From: Phoronis australis
Lineage: Eukaryota > Animalia > Phoronida
Reading direction: 5' to 3'
DNA length: 64,000 nucleotides
NCBI GenBank assembly: GCA_002633005.1
Contig: NMRA01000107.1
Coordinates: 663,169 to 727,168 of the forward strand
The notes beneath the pieces are model-generated. The model ran no database searches, was not told the origin of the DNA, and was given only the letters and a program-made list of their open reading frames with translations. Position 1 is the stretch's first letter; each line of letters opens with the position of its first letter. Shown piece by piece: positions 25,173 to 36,600 of the stretch. Both the position numbers and the translations under genes were made by a program.

Positions 25173-25287
25173 GCACCCTCACGAAATATTGGCTGCAATC
25201 TGACACAGCACGCTGTCTCACTAAGGGGAAAGTTCCAATTGGCCATTCTATTACTCCTCGGAAAGGGTTATCTCACTTTTCAATCAG
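25172..25287. repeat. Dispersed duplicated segment, copy 1 (copy 2 at 63883-64000)
   Basis: cgcaccctcacga..ttgg.tgcaatctgacaca..gaaagttccaattgg..ctcctcgga..cacttttcaatcag shared. Confidence 0.9.
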
Positions 25288-26052
25288 TACTTAGCACTTA
25301 CATACCATTGTACAAGTAATCATTTGATGTATATCAGAAATAAATATCAAATTACAACTACTGAAGAAGATATTTACACATTCAACCAAGGCAGCGAAGT
25401 ACATCACCCAGATCAAGTAACAATACTGATAGAATGTTCTCTATGGAAATCGTGCTATATGTGATCCTGCAGTGAAGAGGCCGGAGAGAGCTCGGTGGAA
25501 ACTGCGTGTGAACGGGGTACTTCCAAAAACTAAACCGCATGGGACTACAACGAAGTCAGGTAACGGTAGTTCGACAGTATTGATTCATGGACAGAGATTT
25601 GCCATAGTGCTGACCCGAAACCGGAGGGGGTGGGCTCAGGGGTGCCGTTGGACCCCCCTGCGGAAAAGGTCCAGCCCCAGCATATCCATTGCGCATAGGA
25701 TATAAATGAACAAAATAGCAACAAAATTTTGTAGTTATTATGGTATTACTAACTACTACTATGCAAGTCATTACTTGTTTCAAATTTGGTTCTGAATCGA
25801 AGTGTTTTGGGTAATCACTTGAGCCGTACGCGGCCAACTTCGCCAATGGGGCTATTCGGAAAATCTACAATAACTAGAGGGCGTGCATGTACTAGTGGTG
25901 ATAGATTAACAGCCTCGATTTCGCGAGCCCTTTAAATACATGGTGAAATGGCTTGCAGCCGTGCCAACTGAATCTGAGATTGCGTAAAAAGGGTGCTTCT
26001 ATGAGAGGAAGTAAGCGCGACCTCATACAAAGGTAAGGTTTGTGATTATTTT

Positions 26053-26200
26053 NNNNNNNNNNNNNNNNNNNNNNNNNNNNNNNNNNNNNNNNNNNNNNNN
26101 NNNNNNNNNNNNNNNNNNNNNNNNNNNNNNNNNNNNNNNNNNNNNNNNNNNNNNNNNNNNNNNNNNNNNNNNNNNNNNNNNNNNNNNNNNNNNNNNNNNN
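26053..26200. other. Assembly gap (148 N)
   Basis: Run of N. Confidence 1.
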
Positions 26201-27565
26201 NAAAAGCAACAAATTTGATGGAAAAGATTTCAAAATTTATATCACTACTCCTAAGGTTTACTATTGCCAAATCATGTTCACGAGTCTGACAGTTTACTGT
26301 GTCTGCTAATGAGGCGGAACTGACATTCATAAAATATTGTATTTGTGTACATTTGTGAAACAGTTGGATAGTTCTTAAAACAGTTACTGACTGCTGGCAA
26401 ATGACCTCGTTGCAGTCACTCACAATCGTGATTCTTGAATCTAAAACGACTCATTTTCTGACAGGGACAACATGTGGGGCACGGGGAAAATTTATTTTAT
26501 TTCTGGGTTGCGGCGACTTACGGGCGCCTTTAAATTTAGCGGGAAGACTGGAAGTGACTCTAAGACTTCGTGAAGACTGGCATGGATAGTGTAGTACTAC
26601 ATTTAGTTCCGACCGTGCCACGCGCGTGTTTTCGATTCGGTGGGTTAGATTGAAGCGCCGCGGATAAACTTTAGTAGCGCTGTGAAATGATGCGATCTTG
26701 ACATGGATTTGGTGAGGGTATAGTGGTTAATAATTCATCATTATGTAGTGTTCCTAATATAACCCCAGGATTGTGCTTTTTGAGGCTTAATTAGTAGGTC
26801 AGGGTTAGGTTAGGGTTGGGGCTAGGGTTAGGCAAATGAGACTTCGTGGTCCCTCAGACAATTGACGGATAGGCTGGTGTGTTCGTTGCAAGCCCGCCAA
26901 CTTTCAGCGTCATTTCTTTCGATTTTGTACAGCCTGTACTGCTTTCCATGACGTAGAATTGTCGTGAGGACTTGACAGGGACCTCAGGGGTCTCACGCTC
27001 CACTGATTTATCCACACTATGTAGAAAACGCTTTTTCCATTCACACGTTGTGTGTCACAAAAGAGATAAGCATACCTGCAGCTGACCTAGCAAGTAGAAC
27101 TACTCTCGTTTATCACATTGGTGTAGACTCACCGTTGAACTGTGGCCACCCCAGACCGTCCGGAGTTGCGCCATATACCAACTCCTGACGGTCTCTCACG
27201 AATGCGCCAACACACAGCACTGANGGGTATAGCCAGGCCCGTCTATGGTGAACCGCCCATGTCCAGCACTGATGTAGGTGGGGTGCGCCGCCCATGCATC
27301 CCGACCAGCTATTTCATGAGAATTTCTGTTTGCGAAATGACATTTACATGTATAACGTTGCTGTAAATCAGCTGGTTGATCTGTATAAATAGTTGAACAA
27401 ACTCGTACAACAATATGTGCGAGTTTTGTTTTTTACTTGCTAAGAAGGAGCCCTAGAAGCAAATTTGACAAACGCACGTGTACAACCTGGGAAGTTCACA
27501 TATATTGTTGAAGGTATTTGTGTATTCAGGCACACCATACGTTGGTCACATCACGTGATCAATAG

Positions 27566-28100
27566 TTAAGTCTGAAAATACTGGTCCTGGTTCGAACCTG
27601 GTACTTTCTGCTAACAAACGAAAACGGCACAGTGGATTTCACTGAAACTTTCTAGTTTTAATATTTGTTTATCAATCTCAAAGAACTGCTTTACTGTAGT
27701 GTGCCATAGGCAAAAAAGAACGCTGTTTTTGTACTAAATGCCTTCGTTTTGAGAATTAATTTGGCGTAGAAACCAAACTAAACGAGTAATAACAAATTTC
27801 GAGCAGCGTTTTTGAGACATATCGGCAAGTTTATATTTAAAATTGGTTTAACTAAAATCGACTAAAGGATGTTTGTGCTATGAATGTTAAACATGAAAAT
27901 TTGACTTACTAAGTCAATTTTTAGTAAAAAGATGGCCACGCTATAATAACTATGACACGTAAGTATAAAGGGAGTTTTTATAATATCTGATCTTTCTTCT
28001 TTCACATAATACTATATACTTTAATGTATGACACAGCCTAGTTTTTCTTAAAATTGACTTTGAATTATCGTTCCACAATAAGGTCCTACACAGTCTTAAG
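27566..28100. mobile_element. Interspersed repeat, probable non-autonomous DNA transposon with TTAA-type ends
   Basis: 27620-27810 aligns with 56787-57000; end motif ataaggtccta...cttaag recurs at about 47099-47121 and inverted at about 17441-17469; left boundary approximate. Confidence 0.55.
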
Positions 28101-30028
28101 TTAATTGCTGTGGATTTGTTAGATCATTGGCTGCCATGTCATGTGACAGTACAGATGACATCGTTGCCGGCGAGCGAGTCCTGGCATTTGCGTAACCGTT
28201 GAATCACTTGCCTTCGCGTCGGGCCCTCTTCGCAGGTTCAGTCGTCGGATATCTATTCTCTGTGATAGGCTACGTCATGTTTTAAACAATGTGGGGCGTT
28301 TATAATTTCAATTGGTTCGTTAGGCAGATCCTTCCGAGTCGACAAAAGAGAGACAGAGAACGTTTTTCCAGGGCTGAACGATAATCTTCGTACTCGAAAT
28401 GGAACTCGACATTGTCTTTGATACTTTGCGTTCTTGTTTGAACAAACTTGAGATCAGTGATTGTTACTGCGTGCTCAAGTATACCATGTCCTACGTGGAT
28501 GACTGCCTTAGAAATCTTACCTGTGTTATTTCCACTTGATGACCTCAACATATGTGATAAGTATAGTTGTCGTCTGAATTCGAAATTTATACTTTTTAGT
28601 CTAAATCTCGATTTGTCATTCTAGTTTGTAGCTCGAACCTATGGGTCATCAGGTGCGAACATGGATAAGACCACCATAAACCTTAACATTGGCCTACTCG
28701 TGCAGAGAAAAACACCGGTTGTAAAAATAATTTCTATACGTACAAATTCAGCGATCGTCTCCACAATAAAAACGGCTGAAAATATCTTTGAGATGACATG
28801 GAAACCCGTTTCGCATTATCAAACATCAACCAGGCACTAAATAAATTTCAAATACCAAGTTTTATTTTCATAGCGGAATAGTTTACTACGTTGAAAATAT
28901 CCTACTCGTGGTTATCATATAGTAGATAGAATCTCCTACTGGTTCCTAGATTGCAGTAACCTTAGCAACCTTGAACGCCAGGCTTTATGCCTATGGTCAT
29001 AGTTGAGGGAACGTGTTTCAGTCCAACAATGAATTTTTTCATTCGAGTCCCTCGGTACTAACCAATAATGAAGACCAGGCCACGAAAGCTTTATCTCGAT
29101 ATTTTTTAACACTGTTCTCATCATATATTCCGTAATAATTTCAGACCAAACCTCTTTTTCTTGATTGGTAATGTACGGTGTGATCCTGCAATTTCGAGTT
29201 CGCGCACGACTCGTCCCTAGTGATCAAGGTCGCACACAGCAAATTCACATGATTGTCGAGGCCACAAGAAGTTCTGAAAGAAATTAACTATTCTCATCTT
29301 TTACAAAAATACCAGTTTGCAAAAATTATCTTAATTTGAATTTTATTTCAGGACAACTGAATAAAAAATTGCCAACATTCCAACATTTTGAGATTCGAGT
29401 TTCTGTGTCAGTGGGTGCAATAAGATGGTGGTCATGCCTCCTAAAAGTTACATGTATATTCATACGCCACCTTTTCATTGTCTTCCGTGTAAAAACCCTT
29501 AAAAGACGTACGAAAAACGTCTTGATAGCATTTTCACGTAATTTATAGGTGGAATGAAATAAAGGTCGACAGAAAAATGTATTTAAATGTATTTTTAAAA
29601 TTCATATCCGTCGTTAGCAATAATTGCACAGCATTACATGACCCGGGGTAATACATGTAGTCGAGCTCAAACAAACAGCTGTTCACATTGGAAATTGGCC
29701 GTGCTCTAAATTTACGACCAGGTAGTTGACCTGACTTGGTGTGAAAACTTGGCGAGTTTTTGGAAACAATTTTGCCTGAGAGTCTTTCAAGTATGAATGC
29801 CCATGCCCGACCGGTTAGATTTGGGTGGCCGTCCACGGCCTTCCCTTTGCAGAAGACGTACCGGTACTTCTGAAACCGACAACAATGACCTATAAGGGGC
29901 ACTTTTCTCGGGACTTAGAAATTTGTCAAATAGCTACTTCTGAAACCAACAACAATGACCGATAAACGGTGCATTTTTTCGGGACTGAGATTTTTTTTCA
30001 AAATCCGCACAGGCAGACCGGCGACCAG

Positions 30029-30429
30029 GGCCCGGTCTCCAATCTTCTACTCGAAATGGAACTCGAAATTAGGTTTGGCATTTTCTACTCTACTTTTGGG
30101 CGAACTCAAGATAAGTGTCTATTATTCTATGGTCGAGTACACAATTAACTTACGTAGATAATTTATTGCCCTTAGTTCACAGTTTGTAAACCCAATATTA
30201 AAGCAATAAGTTCGAGTTTGAACTCGAAATTTCGAGTTTTTACTCGAGTTTGTAGCACGAATATAAGGGTCTTCAAGGGCAAACTTGAACTAGAAACTCC
30301 TATGCATCAACTATAATGTATTCGAGCTCAGTCTGATAACCAATTATCTTAAGTTCGCACAAAAGGAGCAGAGAAATTGCCAAAAATAGTTTCGAGTTCG
30401 TTTCGAGTACAATGATTAGAGACCGGGCC
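30029..30429. mobile_element. Foldback MITE, PIF/Harbinger-like (GGCCC termini, CAG TSD)
   Basis: ggcccggtctccaatc..tactcgaaa / tttcgagtac..gattagagaccgggcc, with arms pairing far inward; CAG on both flanks; degraded relative at about 28370-28640. Confidence 0.8.
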
Positions 30430-31102
30430 CAGGATGTGAGGCGGCCACGCGGGAGCTTGCTACACCGCTCAGCATGCACTAGTTTTAATTTGGGGATGCA
30501 TGCTTGCCGAGATTGCAGTTATGGCACGAGTTTATACTAGAAACTCGCGTGTTGGTGGACATGGCACACTGACGCTTATTACATTGATGCGTTACACTCA
30601 TGTCCATGGAGCTAAGGAACTTTCAATTAAAGTCGCGTTTCTTCATTTTCTCGTCATTGGGATATTTAATTCACGCTACAAAAAGCTAGCTTAATAATGC
30701 TGACTGACAGTGTTGTCAATGGTTAAAACAATGTAAATGGTGGTTTTAACCATTCTAAGAGCTGATTCCTATAGCTGTATTTTGACGATAATCTTCATAC
30801 GGCTAGTTTCTTGGTCATTGTTTAGTATGACGTCATTGCGAAATCTGATGTCGCGCGCTATTTTCGAACTCTAAAATAATAAAAATATATAGGCAAAGTC
30901 GAAATTGTTCAAATTAAATAATCCGCTATACATGAAACACCAAATCATATTCGAATGTTTCCATGTTCCTCATCGTCCTAATGACGACTGTTTGGCAAAC
31001 TGTGCCCAAACCCCTTATATGGAAACCACCACATTTTTACAAGCATCACGGAAATGTCGCGTGGAAACCAATCCGCGATGACACATTATCGAAAGTGTAA
31101 GG

Positions 31103-32239
31103 ATGTGTTTTCGCGAATCATGTTTAGCGATTTGTTGCCAGGAAAAGAGGAAAAAGTCTAGAGGTGAAGCTTCCCACATTGACTTCCAATCACCTCTAGA
31201 GGCCGCATTATGGAGAAGAATACATCACGAACCCGCTGACAGTGTTGTTTGTTGGTCTAGAACTAGATATCTATTGCCGCCATCTTTGTTCACAAACAAG
31301 CTGTCGTGGAATGAAAAACGAAACGCGCTGAAGAAGATTATCAAAAGCAAGAAAAAGGGTGAGGCAGCCGAATCAATAAAGTTTTGGGTAATCGAAGAGT
31401 TCTTGAATTATAGTTATGTGGAGAAAAATGGCGACCCAATACTTCTCGGTTGCGGAAACTATGGCAGGGTTTATCTGGTAAAAGACGACACAGATAAAAG
31501 GTTCGCATTGAAAAGCTTCATTAAAGGAGCTAATAAACAGAAGCGTTCTCTGGAGCACGTTGTCCGAGAAGCCTTTAATATGGTCCGGGTCAATGAGGTA
31601 GGAGTTGGGCCACGTTTTTATGGTATGTTTCCACTAGCTGAAGGCGACAGATTTTTGGATTGGGGTATACTTATGGAATTCATAGGAGACCCAGTGAAAA
31701 ACGAGACGACAGAACTTGGCAAGTTTCTACAGAACGAAGCGCATAATAAGGAAACGGATGCCACTACAATTGACTACATGCAGTGGATATCTATCGTTCT
31801 TGACATTGTTCGTCAACTGCAAGCCACCAACGGCATAGGACTTGCCTTGAACGATTTGTGCATGGAAAACGTTTTAGTGAAGCTGGAGGGCATTGGCGTT
31901 CAACCTGTCATCATTGACTTTGGGGAGTCGTCCATTACAATGAAATCTCCACGATGGTTGCTGCGATCATCACGCAACTCTATTGACTACTCCAAACAAA
32001 TATTTTTGTTAGGTGTGATATTAAAAGACATTGACACGATGCTGAAAACGAGAATCTTCGCTGACATGTCTGAAGAGGCCATGTCTGAAAACGTATCTAA
32101 AAGGCCAAGCGTTAATGCGTTAATCGCAACTTTAGAATCAAAGTATCATCACTTTGATGATTCAGCAAAATTACAGAAAATAAAAAGAGAATTAGACAAA
32201 GAAAATGGAAACAGAGCCCAACACGACCGACAACAATGA
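31103..32239 (+). CDS. Intronless divergent protein kinase-like protein (378 aa), possibly a pseudokinase
   Basis: Longest ORF in window; Gly loop LGCGNYGRVY, FALK lysine, alphaC Glu (VREA), hinge LMEF, catalytic loop LNDLCMENVL, IIDFG, C-terminal KRPS. Confidence 0.85.
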   Translation: MCFRESCLAICCQEKRKKSRGEASHIDFQSPLEAALWRRIHHEPADSVVCWSRTRYLLPPSLFTNKLSWNEKRNALKKIIKSKKKGEAAESIKFWVIEEFLNYSYVEKNGDPILLGCGNYGRVYLVKDDTDKRFALKSFIKGANKQKRSLEHVVREAFNMVRVNEVGVGPRFYGMFPLAEGDRFLDWGILMEFIGDPVKNETTELGKFLQNEAHNKETDATTIDYMQWISIVLDIVRQLQATNGIGLALNDLCMENVLVKLEGIGVQPVIIDFGESSITMKSPRWLLRSSRNSIDYSKQIFLLGVILKDIDTMLKTRIFADMSEEAMSENVSKRPSVNALIATLESKYHHFDDSAKLQKIKRELDKENGNRAQHDRQQ

Positions 32240-33374
32240 CATTTGGTGATAGGCCCATCATACAGTCGCATTTCTTCACGCATGCGTGAAGTCATGATAA
32301 TTTCCAAGATGGAAGGCAAAATTGTCAAAGCAAAGTTTCCAGTGAGGTACGCGCAACACCAACAATGCAACGTTAAGCAATGTCTGTTCAGACAACCGGG
32401 CATTTATTGTCAATTTATTAGTTGTTGCAGCTAATCCCAGAGGAGGAACATCTTCATAAAAAATTCTCCCCTGGGAAGACTGTGGGTGTGAGCCAATTGT
32501 TTTAACGGATGTGCAGATGAAATGGAAAACGGTCATTCTCGTGACATTACGAAAGTGTATTGATCAACCAATAAGCAAAATATCAACGAAAATAAGAGCA
32601 GCTCATAAAAGATATGAAACGCTAAGAGTTGTTTAGTGGCCCTTTCCTTTGTTTATTCTGCAGTTCAAAGGCATTCAACTGAAAGAAAAAAGAACAAATC
32701 ATTGGATTAATTTGCTTTTAAATGTCTTCACATCACAGATGCAATTAAAACTAAGTAAGACTGTGTGTGCAGTTAAATACATACACAAAACGTACCGAGA
32801 GTGGCGTTGGAAGTTATTATTGCGCGGAATAATGTCGAGTTTTGTATTAATCCCATACGCTTCGAATTCCTAAGTTTCTTTCATTTTTTCCGCAGATATT
32901 TTAAATACTTCACTCAGACTGTTCACATGCTATATGTATGTACTTACGCGTTAAGCTGCAAGATTTCTCTAGTAAAAGAAACAGTTTTAAATGTGATGAT
33001 TTATTTCTTGAAAACAGATAACAAAGATGAAAATAAAGGTAACTTTTCATTGAACTTGTAATATATCCTGAAAATAGTTGAATAACAACAATATTTGATA
33101 TTGTAGTTACCGATGAGTCGGCGACAGAGTTGCAGACGATAAAATATTTAGCAAATGAAAACTGAAACAGAACTGTCATGTAATAAACAGTCCTGTTCGA
33201 TATATGTTACGACTGAGACCTGATTGTATGTTGCGCGTTATTTACACTGTTATAATTGTATAACTTTAAACTATTTTCTGAAAGTTTGGTGATCGAACCG
33301 GCTAACGACGTCGAGTCGACATTGACCTACCAGAGGTCACTGTTGAAGTAGTGCGGGAGGTGAATACGGAAAAC

Positions 33375-33380
33375 TTTATT
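33375..33380 (-). terminator. Polyadenylation signal of the metalloprotease gene
   Basis: AATAAA on minus strand about 145 nt after the TAA. Confidence 0.55.
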
Positions 33381-33524
33381 ACATGGCCGTATTTCCCTCG
33401 ACAGATTCAACGCGTAATGGGATAAAGACTCTGGTTGGAAGTCTTTATAAATACACGTGCTTATTACAAATGAAGACAGTATATCAGTACTATGTGTAAG
33501 CAGTCAACGTACCCAACCATCGGC

Positions 33525-33688
33525 TTAAGGATATCCAGCTGCTCGACACGAAGCACAACACTTTTCATGGTAAGAGCTCTGTCCACAGTAGCGCGGCAAA
33601 CTACGGACGAAGCCTGCGCAGTTTGTAGTAACTCGCCGTCCACTGGAGTAAGTGATGGTGATTCTGAAGTTTGCGTTGTCTTGGCAAC
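33525..33688 (-). CDS. ADAMTS-like exon 15 (PLAC-like module 2, stop)
   Basis: tcctag|..CQDNANF...NCAGFV...YCGQSSYHEKCCASCRAAGYP-TAA. Confidence 0.85.
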
Positions 33689-36600
33689 CTAGGAGGCGAC
33701 GTTTAAGAAAAGCAGGAAGTTTATGTGCCGCCGACTAAAACAACATGAGAACGTCCTGTGACCATGTTCTTGTAATAGTTCCTAGTCGTCGTGGTATTTC
33801 CAATCATAATCCGAATGCACTAGCTGTGAATTGTACATGATTTTGAATTTAAGAAATATGCTGTAATAAACATTAACGTAATGTAAAAAGATCCACCTTA
33901 AGATTTTGCCTCGTTCTTGTGACTCAACGGATGTGAGCATCATAGTACATTAGAGGTTAGTGTATGGTGTTCACAGTCAGAGGACGTGAAGTGACCACCG
34001 CTCGCCCCACCCAAGAGATTGATGCAACCAGATTCAACAGCAAAAATACATTGTACACAGCTCGTTCTAGCTCCTTACTACCACTGAATCAACAAATTAT
34101 GCAACAATCCTTACGTGGCGCCGTGTTGGTGCAGGACTTACAGCACCAGTCACTCAAAACTGAGGTTCTACACATGGAATTGAAGTTCAGCGCCATCTGT
34201 GAACAGCTGTACTGCCCGCCATTGTACTTGATAGTGGTGTATTTGTCCTCACATGAGCCTCCTATTGGATAAATCAGATGGCGAATTGAATCTCCCAATA
34301 ACACGATTTAAACAATAGTTTTCAAAAACTTCACTGGTCAACGAAGGTATCATGAAATGTAATTAACAAAACACAGAGTTAAATGTTTCAGTTTGTGACC
34401 AGTACATCACCTTATACCCTGATTATCGAAAAATTTCCGTTGCCGCAATATCTCAGTTGTAACTGCACCCACAGTATACTAGTATGTAGTGATTCTGCAT
34501 TTTTAGAACTACATTTAATACAAAACGCCAATACACTTGTCTGGAGTTTTGTCATTCTTTTTACTCAAGGTTTACTTATCCCAGAGTTTTTCAGCGAGAT
34601 TTCTGGTTTCAGGGATATTTCACTATAATTTGACACGGTTGTGGACCTTTGCTTTCTGATACATGTTGTTCTATAACTGACATAGCCACTGATAGTATGA
34701 AATCCCCGGTCCAAGGTTCAGTTTGCGAGGTAGGATACGGGGCTGGATACGGTGAGACATTTGTTTTATCTTAATTTTTTCAGTTTTCCACTTGAACTCC
34801 CTTCTTGAGTCAAATTTGTCGAAGAACGGATGCCTACTAGACTACGCTGGACTATACTTTTCGTGACAATTAAACGCGTTCTATTGAGAGAAGTCTTTTT
34901 CAGATCTATTTCCTTCATGCAAAACTTGAAGAACCTTACATTATTCGAAAAATACGTCGACAACAATGATTTTTCGCACATTACTAGAAGACTAAAAATT
35001 CGCTTACAGGAGGCGTAAATCTGCTGGTCACTTTTTGCTGAATACAAGCCTTAAAAATACACTTTAAAATAAAAACCACTGAGCATTCTAAGGGACTCAC
35101 TCAGACGATTGGTGGCCTCAGGCAATCACTAATTTTGTAAACCCTTCGTTACCTGTTGGTGGCTTGGTCGTTACTTTAGTTGTTGACTTCGTCGTTGGGG
35201 GCGTGGCAGCCGCAGTGTTTGATCCACCAACGTTAGTTGGTCTTGAAGCAGTGTGCGAAGTGTCTGCAATAAATCGAGCACACTAACCACGATGCGGTGT
35301 TTATATGTGATGAAAAATTTTCGTTCTGTAATTACTCGTTTTCATCTACACTTGGGGTTGCGAAATGGCAAATGAGATTCTAGGAATTTATAAATTACCG
35401 TTGGCAAACAAAGGAAACGAGTCTAGACCCGGCGGCGAGATAATGCGCACCGAGAATTTCTGAAAACAGGCCCGACCCAAAAGTACAACCAAGGGCGTAT
35501 TTTCCTTAAATGCTTGCATGTTTCGAAATTCTTCTGGGATGTTTTGAAATACGTATGTAATATGCTTTGATGTAAAATTTTGTTAATTTTGACAAAACAT
35601 CATACTTTAATATCACGATTTCACTCAAATGACTATCACTGAACGAGATCTTTAGCGACTTTGTTGGTAACTAACCGTATTAGCGCAGCATGAAGGACAG
35701 TTTTAATGATGCAGTATTCGAGAATACTCTACCGTTTTACCAAAATCACGCCCAGACCTGTATTCGGTTTCATTTGGCGTTTTTGAATCGTCGTTTTCTG
35801 AATATCAACTCATGGCCTATTTTGGGAAATACCCGGTATGGTTAAGGTTCATGGCGATCAACATCATCGGTTAAAATGCCATGCACTTCTGCTAAAGCAC
35901 TCGGTGTTCATTGCGAATCCCCAGTACATTTTCTTCTGGTAAAATAATGTTTGAATAAAGTTTGTACAACCACTAAAGGCGAGTTTGCTGGTGCTAGGAA
36001 AGAGGTCGGCTTGCGTGCGTTAAACCTCATGGTCGGCGTGCTATTTACAATATTGTACAAGTGACCATATTTATAAATTCGCCGTGTAGAAAGCCTTGGG
36101 CGCATGATTTGGGTCGACAAATCAACAAATTCTCATTGAAGGCAAAACTTTGCGATCATAGGGCATAACTGTTGTCGAGGCGAGTGTTAAAGTGGTGACC
36201 ACCTGTGGCAAAGTGGTGTAGATGGGGGGAGGGTGGTCGATGTTGTCACATAACATATGCAGCCTCACAGCAGGGATTCTAAAATTTGAATATTTACCCT
36301 TTGTAACACAGTTGCCGTTGATACACCACTTGTTTGTGCCGCAGTCAGTTCCTTTAGCGGCAGGAGAATATCGAGTGCCACAATAGTTTCCAGTCGTCTT
36401 ACACCAAAGTGCCCGGCACTTATCGTACTTCTTCGAGTCATACACCCACTGAATAAAAGCACAAATGACGACCAAATAAACAATGCAGCGCGCGGCTCAG
36501 AATGTTCTTGAGGTATACATGTAAGGCGAACAGTCATAGTCACATTTAAAAGAATACGGGTGCTCGGCCGTAAGCACGAAGAATTATTTGACAGCTAATA

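Noticed and set aside
25892-26423. ORFs spanning the gap
   Set aside because: Artefacts of translating the N run
26804-26832. Telomere-like GGTTAG repeats
   Set aside because: Only a few degenerate units; common inside interspersed repeats, not a telomere
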